A DNA stretch of 64,000 nucleotides from Eutreptiella sp. 'Long Island Sound 2002' (Eukaryota > Protista > Euglenida), in the NCBI GenBank assembly GCA_964036045.1, contig OZ038378.1, positions 183,768,001 to 183,832,000 of the forward strand, written 5' to 3'. The translations under genes were made by a program, and so were the position numbers. Of this stretch, positions 60,374-64,000 are shown one piece after another. The notes below the pieces were generated by a model. It made no database searches, was not told where the DNA came from, and saw only the letters and a program-made list of their open reading frames with translations. How positions within the stretch are numbered: position 1 is the stretch's first letter; each line of letters opens with the position of its first letter.

Positions 60374-63300
60374 ACCCTTGGCAACTGCACCCTTACGGCT
60401 GTGTTCGGATCGTGGGGCAGCGCCCCGCACTGCAGCCATTCGTGCCACAGCCGGCCAAGCAAATGCGGAAGCCTCCTGTGTGCACAGCATTCAGTCCGCC
60501 TCCTTGTGTTGTCCATATGGCTCTTCCTTCGCTGTTGCTGCAGTGTACCGCCCGTGGGACAGGGGCCCTGTCCCTCTCTGCAGTTCTCGAGGCCCTGGCC
60601 CCCGCTCGACCCCAGCCTTTGGGAGCACTTGCGCAGGACAGTTTTTTGCCGCCAGTCCCTCCTCCGGGCTTTCATCAATAAAAAAACCGAAACATGATTG
60701 GATTCTGTGCAGTGCCGCCCACAGCCAAGCCACCGGGTGCGCCTTCGGGTGCAGTATCAACCCTGCGAAAGCATGCCGTCTCACGGAGGTGCATTCCTTT
60801 ATGGCGCAGCTTGCGTTTTGTGGGCCCGGGATCTCGTTCTCGTCTCCTTCTGTCCAGTTTGTGCATGCGCACTGTTTGGCATGTGCACGCGGTCCCAACG
60901 CTGTGGGGCATTCTGCCATCCACACCGCCGGTGGGGCACCTTGCGGCATCGTCACCCTCCTATGGCCTCACAGCTGCCACTCAACCAATCCCACGTCTGC
61001 CTGGTGCTGACCGTGGGTTTGACCTTCACCAGGCAGACGTGGGATTGACCTTCAACAAATGTGGTCTCTATGCAATTTGCAGGGGCCAATAGCCACTGGC
61101 AAAATCAGGCAAACGGGGTGAGCAAATGGTGTTGGTTGAATGACTCTCCCTCTGCTCTGGAGGATATTCATCTGTAGTGAACCCTCTCCCACCTACTTTT
61201 CCCGTTCCCCCTCTTCTAGAAAGAAAAGAATTGCAAACAATCCTCTGGTGTCCTACGACCAACTGCCACGGCTGACCCCAAGGAGAACGGAAGGAGCTTA
61301 GGCGGGAGAGGCCCTGAGCGCTAAGCACACACTCGCCGCAGACCGCAGCACTACCCTGGTCCCATCAGCTGGCGCGATCGACAGTCCCCTGTTTCACCCT
61401 CTTACCCCACTGCTTTTCATCAAACGTATTTTGGGACACGACTCTATCGACCTCTGTATTTGTAGACATACCGTCACGGAGCACGAGTGGAAGCAAGTGC
61501 TATAGAGTCTCAGCAGAATCCCGAATCAGGAAGGGAATGCAATGCAGGTGGGGGTTTCTTTCACACATTTGCCATTTGAGACAAATGTACCTTTTTGTAT
61601 TTACTTGGAGTTGATCATGCCTCGTTGTTGAACCGTGTTGGCTGCACGTCCAAGCGCTGGGCTTGACACCAGGGTCTCTGCTGGATGTCCCAGAAGATTC
61701 AAAAAGTCCGTCCCCTCAACACCAGGTTGGTTTCTCAGTGGGCGACGACTGTTTTGTTTTGTTTTGTTTTGTTTCGTTTTGGTCAGTCAATGCCGTCGGC
61801 TGGCCCACAGCCGTCGTTAGTAAGCTTCGGCTTTTGTTTTACCCAAATATCATGCTCATTACCCCACGGGCCGGAGTATTTCTATTATTCAAAGATGTCG
61901 TGCCCGATATTGACACAGCGACGGCCATGTAACCGCATGTACATAATGTAGTGGGACAATGGGATGAATGCATCATCAGCTCATCACCGATGCCATAAGG
62001 AGGCAGAGGGGGGAGGGGTTGGGGTTGCAAATATGTGTTGTGCAGCAAACCAGACTAAGTGACGGTGACCCGTTTGGGAGCTGCAGTTGGGAGGTTGCTC
62101 GCCTGGCCTCCTTCCTCCTTTCCCCACGTCCCCTTCCCCCTTTGCTGCCCTTTTCCACGTTCCTCCCTTCCTCATAGCCAATCTCCAGACTTTTGGTTGA
62201 GAGTTCAGGGTGCTCATGCTCTTTATGCACGACGCCATGCTACATCGGCCATCAGATGAAGATGAAGGGGGCACACCATGTGCTGTGTGCAAATTATCAT
62301 CCCTTGGCCATGCCAATAGATCCCCCCCCAGGAGCAACCATGGCCCTGATTGGGCGACTTGAAAATTGCTCTAAGGGGGGGGGGGGGGGTACAACGCGTG
62401 GAGGTGTGGGGCACCTGGGCCTCGCGCACACTGGACTGCAGCGAGGCAAGTTGTGGACGACCGGAGGGCGGAGGTGCGTGGGCAGCAAAAACCGTCACAC
62501 GACCCCCGCAATAACCAGCACAACCGCGGTACGCCAGCTACTGGGCACCGCTAACGCACAAACGGCACCCGCCGCAACCACCACAGCCCCGGCACACCAA
62601 CCACTGGGCTGCGCAAACGCGGAAACGACACCAGCAGGAGCACTGGCCGCAGTGGCCGACAAAGCGCAGCAACCCGACGCAACATGCGAAGGGAAGAACG
62701 GGTGAATGTCCAGGGCCCCGTAAAGAAACAGCAACCCGAGGGAATGTCACACAGGGGGGCACGGACGCCCGCCAAAGGAGGGGGTGTGGGAGAAATGGGC
62801 TTCTGTGCCGGGCCCTTTGTTTTGTGGAACAATGGATGTCGGTGCTGAAGGCGCCGGAACACAAATTTTGGCCCGAAAAAGTTTCTTCCACCAAAAAAAT
62901 TTCCCTCACATATATGTAGTCAAAATGATCAGCACGACGTGGAGATCATTTGAGCCATATATGTTGAGGCTGACCCCCCCCCCCCCCCCAGCACGGTAGG
63001 TAGGGCACCCCCCGCGCCGAACCCCCCCTCCCGGCACGGCGGACAAGGGGGGGGGGGTTGGGAAATGGGCCTCCATGCCCCCGCCCCCCCCAACCCCTGC
63101 CTGGAGTAGTTTTCTTCTCGCCTTGCCAATGGCTCGCCCTTCCGGAAGGAAGAGTCATGGCCCACCCCCAACTTTTGAGTTGAGTTGGGCATTCATTTCC
63201 ATGCTTTAGGCGGTTGGAGGTTGTGTGTGACGTTTTGGGATGGGGACAGAAATGCCGTGCCGCTTTGTGATGTTCAGCTACAGCTTTTGACTTGTGTATG

Positions 63301-64000
63301 CTGGGTCATGAGTGGGGGTGGTGGTTTGGAGGATGGCCGCGGCAAAGACACCTGAACAATGGGCGCTGTTTGGAAACAACACCTTTGCACGCAACCCTAT
63401 TTGACTGTAGAGTCGATTGTGTAATAGTTCTCTCCCATCGTCTGCAGTGCAGTTACTTCCTCTTTGGGTGTACCAGGCAAATAGGGAGAGGCTCGTCCCG
63501 TTGCCTGGTACACTATTACAGAATTTGGAGGTGCTGTGCGGACCTCCAACGCTCACTGCGACCTGGAAGCGAGGAAAGCATCGCTGGCCAGCATATTTAC
63601 TGTACATCTCAATTGTCCTGAAAGTAAGGCTCAAAGCTCTCACTGTACTGATTTTGGGAAAGGGAGCTTTACTTGTCAGTTACAGCGCCAGTGCGCTTGT
63701 GGGTGTGACTCAACCTGCATGACCATGCTCTGATGCACCTTGCAGAGTTCTTGAGACGGGTACATTGGGTACAACAAACAAGGAAGTAAGGCAGGAAGTC
63801 CACAGTCTTAATGCCATAGTGAGTACGTTCACTGTAGAGCGGACTGCCTCTCAAACGTACCTACCCTTGCACTGTGAAATGTATGTACCATATTGATTAC
63901 TACACCCAGTGCGCAGGGGTTAGTGCTGTTGTGTGGACGGTGGAAGCATTTTTGCAGTTTTCCTGTTGCTGCCTCTCCGTCACGTGTGCTGCTGCTTCAT

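Noticed and set aside
60312-63854. Protein-coding genes at the right end of the window
   Set aside because: ORFs overlap on both strands without motifs or convincing exon pairs; the region looks like 3' UTR and dispersed repeats.
1-64000. rRNA, snRNA or spliced-leader RNA genes, and telomeric arrays
   Set aside because: No conserved cores or TTAGGG-type arrays were recognised by eye; an Rfam scan would settle it.

Overview
Intron-rich eukaryotic genomic DNA. The lineage cannot be fixed from the sequence alone. A YAG acceptor just upstream of the start codons and weak intron-side splice donors are compatible with a trans-splicing protist such as a euglenid (inference). I reconstructed by hand three spliced host genes whose GT-AG junctions all keep the frame: (1) an ATP-grasp ligase of the carnosine-synthase-like type on the minus strand, 10 exons in the window and running off the left edge; (2) a PIP5K-family lipid kinase with 4 exons; (3) a kinesin-14 with 7 exons. 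There are also an intronless BTB/POZ gene, an intronless M50 (site-2 protease-like) ORF and an intronic tRNA-Gln(TTG). The rest is repeats and transposon remains. The 13.6-22.8 kb island is the most interesting part. It holds a frameshifted DDE transposase that shows the RAG1/Transib catalytic and zinc-binding motifs in order, an open 559-aa Penelope-like reverse transcriptase with YMDN in place of YxDD, a ~120-aa in-frame insert and no visible endonuclease, the M50 ORF, and a LINE remnant. Elsewhere are five fragments of a Harbinger/IS5-type transposase family with a C-terminal Cys-rich finger, a decayed retroelement integrase, structured mini/microsatellites and a long inverted repeat inside an intron. 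All family assignments come from motif recognition by eye and need HMM/BLAST confirmation.
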